64,000 nt of DNA. Origin: Azolla caroliniana (Eukaryota; Plantae; Polypodiophyta). The notes beneath the pieces were generated by a model. The model saw only the letters and a program-made list of their open reading frames with translations, was not told the origin of the DNA and searched no databases. Below are positions 1 to 11,313 of the stretch, in pieces. The stretch is from the NCBI GenBank assembly GCA_043228905.1, contig JBHGNT010000021.1, forward strand, positions 11,160,001 through 11,224,000, in the 5' to 3' direction. Each line of letters begins with the position of its first letter. Position 1 is the stretch's first letter. The position numbers and the translations under genes are program-made.

Positions 1-3000
1 TCTGGCCAATTTAGTGGATATGTATGCTGAAATTGCAACATTTCAAAATCGATGGATATGGTTGCTCGTGTCCATACTAAATATAAGATAGTGGATCAGA
101 AAGTTCGACCTGTAGCGGAACCATTGCTAGCTGATAGCATAGATCGGCTAAAAAGGGTGAAGGAAGAACCAATGTTACGGGATCCGAGGATGATTGGTCA
201 TGTGTTTACGGAGTCTTCGTAAGGGAAGCTTCAGATAGGAGGGGGTGATTTCCTTAATCAAGCTGAAGAAAGCCAATTTCGAAAGATGTTATCTCAACAT
301 GGTAAGGATTTTTCTTTTTCACCTTCAGAGATAGGTTGTGTGGACCCACAACTGGTGGAGCCAATGATTATCTTTACTGTCCCTCATATGCCTTGGAACT
401 TGAAACCAATTCCTGTTCCAAGAGTTCATATTCCGAAACTCATTGAGTTGCTAAAAGAGAAGGTGCAGATGGGTATCTTGGAACCTTTGAATGCTCCATA
501 TTCTAACCGGTGGTTTACAATGCCAAAAAAGAACGGATCTCTTAGGTTCATTCAAGATCTCCAACCAGTTAACAAAGTAACGATTCAGAATTCAGGAGTT
601 GGTCCCGTCGTGGATTCCTTTGTAGAATCTTTTGCAGGTAGAGCTATCTAATCCATGGCTGATTTGTATTCCAGATATGATCAATTTCAGCTTGCTTTGG
701 ATAGTAGGGATATTATTACAATGCGTACACCTATTGGGCTGGTTCGAAAGTGTAGTTTACCAAAAGTCACAACTAATTTTGTCACTCATATGATGAACAC
801 AATGAATAAGGTGCTCAGGGATCACATTCCTCATCGAACAATGCCTTTCTTGGATGACATTCCAATTAAAGGATGTCTAGAAGAGGAGAAGGATGAAGAA
901 GTTGGGTTGGATGGATGTCGGAAATTCGTCTCAGATCATATAGCAGATTATGAAGACATATTGAAGAATTTAGAGGCACATTTGACAATTTCTGGAGAAA
1001 AATCAAGTTTTGGTAGATCTGAAGTACGGATTGTGGGACATTTGTGTGGCCCCTATGATCGGAAACCTGATCTAGCCAAGGTGGATGACATCAATGCAAT
1101 GGAGGATATCTGCAAGTCAACATCACAAGTAAGACGGTTTTTAGGTGCATGGGTTTTTTTATCATATTTGGATTCCACATTTTGCACATATTGCTGATCC
1201 CTTATATAAGTTATTACGGAAAGGAAAAAGGTTTATATGGGAGGAGGAGCATACATTGGCCATGAAGAAGATTAAGATACTTTTGTCATCTGCACCAGCC
1301 TTGCGACAACCTATATATGAGCAAGGTCGACCTATCTTTGTGACTGTAGATGCAATTCCGATTGGAATTGGATGGGTTATTAATGAAGAGGATGAAACTA
1401 GAGATCAATATGCTATTCGGTTTGGAGCAAAGATTTTACATGATCAACAAAGAAGGTATGCTCAAATAAAGAGAGAGTTGTGGGGCATAGTTTCTGCGAT
1501 TAAAGCAAACAATGATTATTTGATTGGATTGGAAGTGGTTATAGAGACGGATTGTTTGTAGATCATTGGAATGTTTTCAGGATGCTCTTCTACAGATATA
1601 TCCATGCTGAGATGGATTGCCTATATTAAAACATTTAACCCAGAGATCCGACACATTACAGGGAAAACCAATGTTATGGATGATATGTTGTCCCAAGCAC
1701 GGACTATTCTAGAACCATCTTCTCTGGAGGAAGAGGATGATTTTGATAATGGATTCTTTTGTAATGAGATTGGTTTGCAGGTGCCTGAATTTAGAGAGGA
1801 GGAATATGAAGGAGAGCTATTGCAAATCGGGAAATTCCTACAAGCACAAGAAGGAAGCCCTGATTGGACACCAAAGGATTTTCGCTATTCAGGAAGAAGG
1901 CTTATAGGTTTCTCTTGAAGGATGGATATCTTTGGAGATTTGCAAAGAAAGTTAAGGATCCTCCAACTTGAGCTATCGGTTTACAGGTTCAGAAAGATAA
2001 GATTATTTCTGATTTTCATGATAGTCATTGGGCTAGACATAAAAGAGTGGTCAACACATTTTCAAAGATTAAGGATCGGTATTGGTGGAAGGGAATGTAT
2101 GCGGATATCCAAAGGTATGTGGAATCATGCATTGAATGTCAAATGTATTCTGATTATAGGGTGAGAGATGAGCTACATCCGACGTACTCACCTGTGTTAC
2201 ATTATAAGTGGATGGTGGATATAGTTCATATGCCCTCTAGTCGAAATCAAATGAAATACTTGGTTCTTGCTCAAGAGGATTTGTCCAACCAAGTGGAAGG
2301 AAGACCTCTCTGAAACAAGTCTGCACCGGCCACTCTAAAGTTTTTATTAGACGATGTAATTTGTAGATATGGTAATGTTGGGCAGATTGCAACAGATCAA
2401 GGGGAGCTTGATTAAGATGAGGCTCGAATGTTCTTCCAAAGATTCGGGATCCGATTGACTTTGACTATTGCATATAATCTGGAGGGAAATGGTAAAGTGG
2501 AAGGGGCCATGGTCCGATTGTGAAAGCTTTGGTCAAAGCATGTGATGGCCGAATTTCTATGTGGCCTGACATGCTTCCTTATGCTCTTCGGGTTGATAGA
2601 TGCACTCACAACTCTGTTACAGGATTTATGCCATCCGAACTACTTTTTGGTCAGAAGCCTATTATGCCTACGGAGTGGATGATTCCCACTTGGGGAGTTT
2701 TACCTTGGGAAGATTAGATGGAACGTGAAGATTTGTTTGCTGTTCGAATTCGGCAATTAGAGAATAGGCCGGAGGATATAGCTGAAGCTGCCAGGAAACA
2801 ACAAGAAGTTCGATTGAAAAATAAGGATCGATTTGACACGCAACATCGAGTTCAGAATATTCCCATTGAGAAAGGAGATTGGGTTTTGGTGTTTGATAGT
2901 AGCCTTGAGCATCAACACAAATCTATTTGAAAATTCTCTCATTGATGGTTTGGGCCGTATCGAGTGGTAGAAGTCCGGCAAAATGGAACATATATATTGT

Positions 3001-3070
3001 CAGAATTTGATGGAGCTCTTCTTCGAATTCCGATTGCTAGTAAACGAATTAAACTCTTTAAACAAAGAGC
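1..3070 (+). pseudogene. Gypsy pol remnant (RT, RNase H, integrase) with many stops and frameshifts
   Basis: ORF fragments 286-651, 655-1197, 1145-1561, 1571-1918, 2047-2313, 2520-2930 and 2964 onward tile one pol polyprotein across several frames. Confidence 0.9.
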
Positions 3071-3398
3071 CTATCTTGTTCCTGACATTTTTCAGGATGA
3101 ACGATCCGTGGAAGCTAATTCGAATTGGGAAGAAGATGTTGAAGAAGAGGTGGTCCATGACGTGGCAACTACAAGTATCCAATTAGAAGCGGTAACGACA
3201 GTTTCATCACATGATACTCGTCTAGAAGAGAAAGTAAATGAGAAGTTTGAAGGGGATAAGATGTCTCTCATGTCGATTCCGGAATTGAATGAGGATGATT
3301 GGCATGCATCAAATGTTCAAATAAAAGGAAAGAAGACTTTGGTTGAATTTTCTCCACTTGGCACATACCGGAGGATGTGCAGGTTAGGAGGGGGTGCA

Positions 3399-4190
3399 TG
3401 TCGTAAAGGGATATGACTGATTGGTGCCACCACGATTCCACACTTGCCTCAACTACAACCACGCATCTTGACTTGGTTTGGTGACCCAACACTCCTTGGA
3501 GATCCACCTGATTCGATTCATTGGAGTTGATTTACATCCTAGACTCAAAGTTCTTTAGTATTATTGTTCTTAGGGATTATATGCATTATTTTGGAACAAA
3601 TGTTGTGTAGTCAAAACCATGTAATGTATTTCATGTGCACCATATAACGCACATGCAAAGTTTCTCTACATGTGTGCTACATGGCCCCCATGCTTTATAT
3701 CGCGCACATGCACAAGCTTCTCTAGATGTGTGCCACGTGGCCTACATGTAATGACATCAATTTAGTAAAAGAGGGGAGGATTATTGTCACAGATGGGGGG
3801 AAAAAAAAAACAATCAAAGAGTCCTATTTTGTAAAGGGTTTTTCTCTCAAAGAAATAGTGAATTTCCTATTTTGGCATTTCTTCTTCGTTTGAGTTTGAG
3901 GAGTAGCGTTGTACGGTATTTTCCTCGTAACTCTCAATTATGACGTCTGTTTTCGATGTTCTATAGCTCTTGGAAAGCTCTTCCAGAGGGCTTTCCAATA
4001 TAAGGTAGGTGGAATGATATAAGGTTTTTTGTCTTCACGGGTAGGGCTGCAAACCACTTGTGACTATTGAGATACTTCCGCCTCGACTTCCCACTCTTCT
4101 CTTTCATCTTCTTATTTCGACTGTCCTGGTTCAGAACTCCAGTGGTTCCGCCCGGACACGTCAAGCTCTTATACGTGACGTGCTTCGACA
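3399..4190 (+). repeat. 3' LTR (~790 bp) of the Gypsy element at the window start
   Basis: Inverted termini TGTCG...CGACA. Subterminal GTGGTTCCGCCC (4142-4153) also occurs near the ends of the 54296-59935 LTRs. Copia-linker sequence begins right after 4190. Confidence 0.75.
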
Positions 4191-4523
4191 TGAAAACACG
4201 ACCACGATTCCTTGACCCGATTACTCAGGAGGAGTAATCGAAGGTGCTCCCTAGGAAGGAGTAACAATGACGAGTTGACGAGTAGTGGAGACTCAACCGT
4301 GCTCTCCCTGCACAAGGAACCGAGGAGAAGGTTCACACGCAAAGAGAAGGGGAAGAAGAAGATGTCGGAATCCGGCACCGACGAAGAAGAGTCAGATCGG
4401 AGTGAATCCGACTCTAGAAAGAACAAAGAGGAACCTCCGAAAACAAGGTCGAAGTCAGCAATGAGGGCCATGAAATCGGCGAACCAGAAGTTACGCCGAT
4501 CCACCCGCCAGAAGAATCCCATG

Positions 4524-4825
4524 TGTCGAATACAAGTGTATAATGGACGTATTCACACTATCCCTTTGTATAGCTCAAGTTTGGGCCATTTGTGTAATTA
4601 GCATAAATGGTAGTTGCCCTAAGTTTGTCACTATATAAAGTGACCTAGTAACCTTTTTGTAAGGTTGGTTGTATTATTGTTTCTATTGAATAGAAAGAGT
4701 CTTTTGTGCCTTCTCTCTCTCTCTCTCTCTATCTCTGTGCACGATCTTAGAAACTGTCATATGCAGGTACTCAACCCCAATCGAATGCTACTTGATCTTC
4801 CGCATTGACGGCCTTGTCTTCAACA
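4524..4825 (+). repeat. 5' LTR of the intact Copia
   Basis: Direct repeat of 9748-10049; contains TATATAAA (~4632) and a (CT)n tract. Confidence 0.96.
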
Positions 4826-4827
4826 TT

Positions 4828-4840
4828 TGGTATCAGAGCC
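4828..4840 (+). promoter_or_regulatory. Primer-binding site complementary to initiator tRNA-Met
   Basis: TGGTATCAGAGCC, 2 nt after the LTR end. Confidence 0.95.
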
Positions 4841-5522
4841 TGCATAGTATTCGGTCCTTCAACCCGCTGTCGGCCGTCGTCTCAGCCTGCACAGCATTCG
4901 GTTTCTTGCGTCATTCGAAGAAGAGAGAAGAAGAAGAAAAACGAGGCTTGCATCTCATCGCGTTAGATCATCTTCGCTTGGAGTAAGCCAGCCGGTTGTA
5001 CTTTGTTCCTTGTGATCGTAACCGCTCGAGGTGAAATCCCCTTGTGCAACATTGACACGATCGTGCTCCACTCGGTTAAACGGCATCCGAAGAGGTCATC
5101 AAACGCTGCTCGCCGCTCATTGTAACCACTCGGTGCAGATCGGTCTCAAGACAACAACCCAAATTCGTGCTTCATCCGGCTGATCGACATTCGGGAGGAT
5201 CAGTTGGATCCGTCTCTCTCGTCGCTGCAGTCACCCGAAGCAGAATCGGTCCAGACAATCGGTTTCAATAATCGGTATTTGGCATATATATTCGGAAGCG
5301 AACCGGGCTCACTCCGACTCGGCAACATTCGGGAAGACCAGTCGGTTCTGTCCCTCAAGTTACCGGAGTCAATTCCAGCAAGTTCAACAATACATATATC
5401 CGAAGCCGAACCGACTCGGGTTCAAATCCGACTAGAACGATATCGGGTGAGCCAACCGGCTGCACTCCAACAAGGTTCGTAGTCAACTCCGAACCGAGCT
5501 TCGTCAACCGAAACCAAATTTG

Positions 5523-8500
5523 ATGGCATCAACATCCGGCTCGTCAGAAATGAGTCTACGAAAGTTCGATGGATCGAACTTCAACTTCTGGAAGGAGCAA
5601 ATGCAGGACTATCTCATAGTCAAGGGGCAAATCGATCCCATCGAAAATGAAGAACCTCCAGAAGGATACAAACCAATTGAGTGGCAGAAGCTGGACAGAA
5701 TCTTCCGCGCCACGATTCGGATGCACCTATCGGAATCGGTATACTTTACAGTGCAATCGTGTACGACAGCATTCGAACTGTGGAAAACACTGTCGGACAC
5801 TTACGAAAAGAAGGTCGCTGCAACAAAGATGTTTTTGATCCGGCGCCTCTACAACTTGCGGATGAAAGAATCAGATTCGGTTCAAGCACATCTCAATGAG
5901 TACGAAAGCATAAGCTCCCAAATCTCCTCTCAGGGGACGGCAATCGAGGATGAACTCAGAGCAATGATACTCATGAGCAGCCTTCCCTCATCATGGGAAA
6001 CTTTCGTCACAACCGTGTGCAACGCGTCAACCACGGCTGTTAAATACTCCGAAGTCACGAGCGCAATCCTGACCGAAGCAGCTCGGAGAAAGTCTTTCGC
6101 CAAAGACTCAACAGACGACGCTTATGTAGTACAAGGTTCGACAGAACGATCGAACATACGAGGAAGAGATTCCTCACGGCAGCCGAACAATCAGCGAAGA
6201 CGGAGCCAGTCACGGGATAATCGAATCTGCAACTATTGCAAGAAACCCGGACACATCAAAGCCGACTGCCGTGCACTCAAGAACAAGAACGACAAGTCTC
6301 AGAAATCAGACAAGAAGAGTGGCCGGCATGAGGAGATCAATTACGTCAGCTTCTCAGCTGATGTGCTACCAAACGACCCGAATATACTATCAATCGAAAA
6401 TCTAGTCGGATCAGAAGTTCTGCTCACGACTGAAGAATCGAGCACATGGCTCTTAGATTCGGGTGCGTCATTTCACGTGACTCCTCATCGATCCCAATTT
6501 CGGCAATATACGATCCGTCACTCCGACTCAGTTCGAGTCGGCAACTCGCAACACTGTGACATCATTGGAATCGGCACAGTAGAGCTCAACCTTGCAGGTG
6601 GCTCTACACTTGTACTTCACAATGTCCGACATGTACCCGAGCTCTCAAGGCCATTGATCTCAGTCGGACAACTAGATGAAGACGGCATTCGTGCCGGTTT
6701 TTCTTCGGGAGGGTGGACACTCCACAGGGGGAACCTCCTGCTTGCTAGAGGACCCAAGATACACTCACTGTATCCGTTACATGTTACGCTCAGAGAGGGT
6801 AACCTGTTTTTGGTGGATATTCCTGTGTCATCACTATGGCACAGAAGATTAGGACACCTCAGCAAGGCCGGCATTACGCACCTATCTAGAGCCGGATACA
6901 TCCCTAAACTCTCCTTCTCGGACCATCAATTCTGCGAACATTGCCAGTATGGCAAACAAGCAGCCGCATCACACCCGACATCAGCACCAAGAGAAACGAG
7001 ACCTCTCGATTTAGTCCACTCGGACGTCTGTGGCCCAATGCCGCATCAGTCTCTCGGCGGTGCCTCTTACTTCGTCAGTTTTATTGACGATTCGACTCGA
7101 AAGGTGTGGGCTTATCCAATTCGCACCAAAGATCGTGTCTTCTCGATCTTCTCCGATTGGCTCGCTATGGTAGAAAATCAAACTGACCGAAAACTGAAAT
7201 GCTTTCGGACCGACAATGGGGGAGAGTTCAAATCAGAAGAATTCGTCAAATTCTGCCAACAACGCGGCATCCGACGTGAATTTACGGCACCACACAGTCC
7301 GGAGCAAAACGGGATTGCAGAACGCATGAATCGGACAATCCAAGAACGGATAGTTTCCATGCTCCAACACTCCGGACTGTCGGATGGCTTCTGGGCAGAG
7401 GCTCTACTCACGGCAGTACACATAATCAATATGTCGCCAAGCAGACCTCTAGGACTTCAAATTCCTCAGGAACTATGGATCGGCAGTAAGCCGAATTACG
7501 ACAAGCTGAGGATCTTCGGATGCGAGGCGTACGCCCTTATTCCGAAAGATGATCGCCGAAAACTTGCACCTCGGTCCAGGAAATGCATTTTCCTTGGATA
7601 TGGATCAGACGGCGAAATGGGATACCGACTCTGGGACCCCGAACGCAGACAAATCGTTCGAAGTTTGGACGTTGTGTTCAACGAGTCGGCTATGAATCCA
7701 TCAGTCGAAACACCGATCGAAGTCCGAAGGGTAACATTTTCCGATGTGCCGACCCTTCAAGAAGGCCCCGCTCTTAACACACGGTCAGCTTCACGGGTAG
7801 CTGAACCTTCCACTATCGACTCGGACAACTCTGACTCGGCACAACAGAATAATCCGCTTTCGGACCATCCGACCTCGATACCCGATACGACCAGTCCAAT
7901 CATACCTCGACGATCCGAGAGACTGTCGCAACCTCCGGAGAGGTATTCTCCTGGAATTTTCTTCACCGACGCCGGCGAACCGACGTCTTACGAAGAAGCA
8001 TCGACATCTGTCGATTCAGCCACCTGGCATCTGGCGATGGAGTCGGAAATGCACTCCATTCGGGCAAACAAGACTTGGGATCTGGTCGAATTACCTAAGA
8101 ATCGACGTGCTCTTCCTTGCAAGTGGGTTTATCGACTAAAAGAGACGTCTGATTCGACCACCCCAAAGTACAAGGCCAGATTAGTTGCGAAGGGCTTCCA
8201 ACAAGAATATGGCGTCGACTTCGACGAGATTTTTTCACCAGTGGTGAAAATGACAACCCTTCGTTTTCTACTCGGCGTAGTGGCAGCCGACAACTTGGAG
8301 CTGATTCAGCTAGATGTCAAAACAGCCTTCCTCCATGGTGATCTTGAAGAGGAAATTTATATGGAGCAGCCAAAAGGCTTCGTGGCAACTGGCCAAGAAC
8401 ATCTAGTCTGCCGACTCAGGAAGAGTCTATACGGCCTCAAACAAGCACCGCGACAATGGTACAAGAAGTTCGACGACTTCATCCAATCGATCGGCTTCTC

Positions 8501-9554
8501 CAAAAGCGATGAGGACCATTGTCTTTTTACCAACACAGCTCAAGATGGATCACCCATCTTCCTCATCATTTACGTGGACGACATGCTAATTTCTGGACGC
8601 CACGCGGGCGAACTTGCCGATCTCATTCGGCAATTGCGGTTGAAGTTTGCCATGAAGGACCTCGGTCCGGCACGACACATACTTGGCATGAAGATTAGTC
8701 GGCATCGCGATAAACGACATCTTTTTTTGTCTCAGACCGACTATATCGGACGTGTCTTGGAACGCTTCAACATGCAATCAGCCAAATCTGCTTCAACCCC
8801 GCTCCCCATGAATCTTCGGCTCTCTCAGCGAGACTGCCCGACATCCGGTCCGGAGGGGGAAGATATGAAGTCGGTACCGTATGCACCGGCAGTCGGCTCC
8901 CTTATGTACCTGATGGTCGCGACACGGCCTGATATTTCTCATGCCGTAGGAGTCGTTAGCAGATTTATGCACAATCCTGGCCGATCGCATTGGAACGCAG
9001 TCAAGCATGTGTTCAAATATCTGGTTGGCACAAAAGACCACGACATTCTTTTCGGTCCGAACTCAACCTCAGGCGTAGTCGGTTACACCGACTCGGACTT
9101 CGCCGGCTGTATAGACAGTCGGAAATCAACAACCGGATACTGCTTCAAATTCGGCAATGGAGCAATTTCATGGAAGTCGAAACTTCAGGAGTGCACAGCG
9201 ACCTCAACGACCGAAGCAGAATATGTAGCTGCGTCCGACGCTGCAAACGAAGCTTTGTGGCTCGGCCGGCTGGCGCACACGTTTCGACAAGTCGACCATG
9301 ACTCGGCTCCAGTTGTCTATAGCGACAGTCAAGGTGCTGTTGCCTTGTCGAGAAATCCGGTTCACCACAACGCCTCCAAACATATCGACGTTCGATATCA
9401 CTTCGTTCGGGACTGCGTCATTTCAGGGAAAATCGGTCTGGAGAAAATATCCACAACCGACAATGTCGCAGATGGAATAACCAAGTGTCTTTCGGCAGAC
9501 CGCTTTCGGTCCCTTCGGCATCAGATGGGCGTAACGACAAACCAGTCCGGTTAG
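5523..9554 (+). CDS. Copia Gag-Pol polyprotein (Gag, CCHC knuckle, protease, integrase, RT, RNase H)
   Basis: Open frame from ATG 5523 with CNYCKKPGHIKADC, WLLDSGAS, LWHRRLGH, LVHSD..RTDNGGEF..NGIAER, LDVKTAFLHG, YVDD, YTDSDFAG and KHIDVRYHF. Confidence 0.96.
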   Translation: MASTSGSSEMSLRKFDGSNFNFWKEQMQDYLIVKGQIDPIENEEPPEGYKPIEWQKLDRIFRATIRMHLSESVYFTVQSCTTAFELWKTLSDTYEKKVAATKMFLIRRLYNLRMKESDSVQAHLNEYESISSQISSQGTAIEDELRAMILMSSLPSSWETFVTTVCNASTTAVKYSEVTSAILTEAARRKSFAKDSTDDAYVVQGSTERSNIRGRDSSRQPNNQRRRSQSRDNRICNYCKKPGHIKADCRALKNKNDKSQKSDKKSGRHEEINYVSFSADVLPNDPNILSIENLVGSEVLLTTEESSTWLLDSGASFHVTPHRSQFRQYTIRHSDSVRVGNSQHCDIIGIGTVELNLAGGSTLVLHNVRHVPELSRPLISVGQLDEDGIRAGFSSGGWTLHRGNLLLARGPKIHSLYPLHVTLREGNLFLVDIPVSSLWHRRLGHLSKAGITHLSRAGYIPKLSFSDHQFCEHCQYGKQAAASHPTSAPRETRPLDLVHSDVCGPMPHQSLGGASYFVSFIDDSTRKVWAYPIRTKDRVFSIFSDWLAMVENQTDRKLKCFRTDNGGEFKSEEFVKFCQQRGIRREFTAPHSPEQNGIAERMNRTIQERIVSMLQHSGLSDGFWAEALLTAVHIINMSPSRPLGLQIPQELWIGSKPNYDKLRIFGCEAYALIPKDDRRKLAPRSRKCIFLGYGSDGEMGYRLWDPERRQIVRSLDVVFNESAMNPSVETPIEVRRVTFSDVPTLQEGPALNTRSASRVAEPSTIDSDNSDSAQQNNPLSDHPTSIPDTTSPIIPRRSERLSQPPERYSPGIFFTDAGEPTSYEEASTSVDSATWHLAMESEMHSIRANKTWDLVELPKNRRALPCKWVYRLKETSDSTTPKYKARLVAKGFQQEYGVDFDEIFSPVVKMTTLRFLLGVVAADNLELIQLDVKTAFLHGDLEEEIYMEQPKGFVATGQEHLVCRLRKSLYGLKQAPRQWYKKFDDFIQSIGFSKSDEDHCLFTNTAQDGSPIFLIIYVDDMLISGRHAGELADLIRQLRLKFAMKDLGPARHILGMKISRHRDKRHLFLSQTDYIGRVLERFNMQSAKSASTPLPMNLRLSQRDCPTSGPEGEDMKSVPYAPAVGSLMYLMVATRPDISHAVGVVSRFMHNPGRSHWNAVKHVFKYLVGTKDHDILFGPNSTSGVVGYTDSDFAGCIDSRKSTTGYCFKFGNGAISWKSKLQECTATSTTEAEYVAASDAANEALWLGRLAHTFRQVDHDSAPVVYSDSQGAVALSRNPVHHNASKHIDVRYHFVRDCVISGKIGLEKISTTDNVADGITKCLSADRFRSLRHQMGVTTNQSG

Positions 9555-9747
9555 AGCCGGACACAGCGCAGGATGGTTTCAGACAACCGACATCAGTTCC
9601 TTAATGATCGGCTTCAACTCTTCCGACCCGACCAGTTCGGTCTTCTGCCTTCGGACCCTGCCGACTCGAACAAAACTGATATGTCCGAGAACCTAGGTTT
9701 ATACCTGTAATCTTAGATAACCCATGTATACGCCCATTACGGGGGAG

Positions 9748-10049
9748 TGTCGAATACAAGTGTATAATGGACGTATTCACACTATCCCTTTGTATAGCTC
9801 AAGTTTGGGCCATTTGTGTAATTAGCATAAATGGTAGTTGCCCTAAGTTTGTCACTATATAAAGTGACCTAGTAACCTTTTTGTAAGGTTGGTTGTATTA
9901 TTGTTTCTATTGAATAGAAAGAGTCTTTTGTGCCTTCTCTCTCTCTCTCTCTCTATCTCTGTGCACGATCTTAGAAACTGTCATACGCAGGTACTCAACC
10001 CCAATCGAATGCTACTTGATCTTCCGCATTGACGGCCTTGTCTTCAACA
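9748..10049 (+). repeat. 3' LTR of the intact Copia
   Basis: Direct repeat of 4524-4825, preceded by the PPT and followed by TSD CCATG. Confidence 0.96.
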
Positions 10050-10299
10050 CCATGATCCGATACGGGTACAATGAGTATATGGCACATCATTGAGCGTACA
10101 TGGCGAAGGTGGAAACAATGCATGAGCTAGAGAGCTATGCAGAAGCGGCCAGGGATCCGAATTGGAAAAAGGCCATGGAGAAAGTGATGCTCGCGCTCAT
10201 GGAGAACGAAACATGGGACTTGGTTGACATACCAAAACGTGTGAAGCCGATCGAATGCCGATGAGTGTACAAAGTCAAATATAATGCTGATGGCTCCGT

Positions 10300-11268
10300 T
10301 CTCGTGAAGATTTTCGGCAACGGTGTGAAAATTAAATGGAATGTACAAAATCAAGTGTGGTTCTTCACACACAATGCGAAACAATAATCGTGAAGATACT
10401 ATTTTATATTAGTTTAATATCTTGGTATGAAAAGATGAATGTCTTCAAGAGCTTCCGAATGTACTTTACTACATTTGAAACGGACAACTGAATGTCAAGT
10501 TATGTGAGTGTGAAGTTTGAGAAGAAGAAGAGAAAAACAAAATTGTGAGATATCCCACATAGATAGGACAAATCAGGATCCCACAATATATAAGTAGAGT
10601 CAGAACTTATTACTTTTTGTTTATGTGTGGAGCACAGAATGTCTAGGTGACTTGGGCTAAACTATTCGGATGGATAGATGTGGCTTAACTACTCGTAATG
10701 GTTTTGGAGAACTAAACCAGACGAACGTTGACGGAACTGGATCGGGCCAGATGCATCCGGACGACGATGGGACCGGACCGTACCAGACGGGATGCGGATC
10801 GAACCGGTCGGGACCAGACAGAGGGGTCGGTCGAATAGGTTGATCGCGACGTACAATGTCTTGAAGATTTTTTGATGTGAAACGAACAAAATTGCCTAAC
10901 GGTTCCATCGGTTCATTGGAGGTCAACTAAAGGTGTAATATGCAGTTAAACATTTGTAAATACAAGACTAAAGCCTTGTAAAATTTTGTGTTTTTACGTG
11001 GTGTAAGTAAAAATTGAACCTTGCACCTCCTACATAAAAGCCACATGACTTACCACTAAGTTAAGTCATAACTTTAAAGTTATATTTTTATCATTATACT
11101 TTTCATATGCAAAATCTCATACATGAGAGCTTCGATGAATGACATGGCAAACATGCACCACATGCATTACGTGCATGTCTTGTACCCTCCCATGCATCAT
11201 ATGCAAGGGGGGATCTATAAAAAAATGGAGGTCAAGCAAGATGGGACGAATAAAAAAATTGGGAAGAA

Positions 11269-11313
<45 letters not shown>

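Larger units (their letters stand above)
1..4190 (+). mobile_element. Ty3/Gypsy LTR retrotransposon, 3' part (5' end outside the window), decayed; same cis-signal group as 10300-12530 and 54296-59935
   Basis: Order RT-RNase H-integrase in broken ORFs (PFLDDIPIKG; VTVDAIPIGIG..KRELWG; YWWKGM..CIECQ; KWMVD; GFMPSELLFG). Purine tract AGGTTAGGAGGGGG at 3381-3394 is followed by an LTR bounded by TGTCG (3399) and CGACA (4190). Confidence 0.88.
4524..10049 (+). mobile_element. Full-length, apparently intact young Ty1/Copia retrotransposon
   Basis: 302-bp LTRs 4524-4825 and 9748-10049 (TG...CA; one T/C difference seen). TSD CCATG (4519-4523, 10050-10054). PBS TGGTATCAGAGCC. PPT GGGGGAG before 9748. 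Uninterrupted gag-pol ORF. Confidence 0.97.

Noticed and set aside
3648-3742. ~54-bp tandem duplication with G-box GCCACGTGGC in the LTR
   Set aside because: Short U3 duplications and G-boxes are common in plant LTRs, and there is no second LTR here to test conservation.
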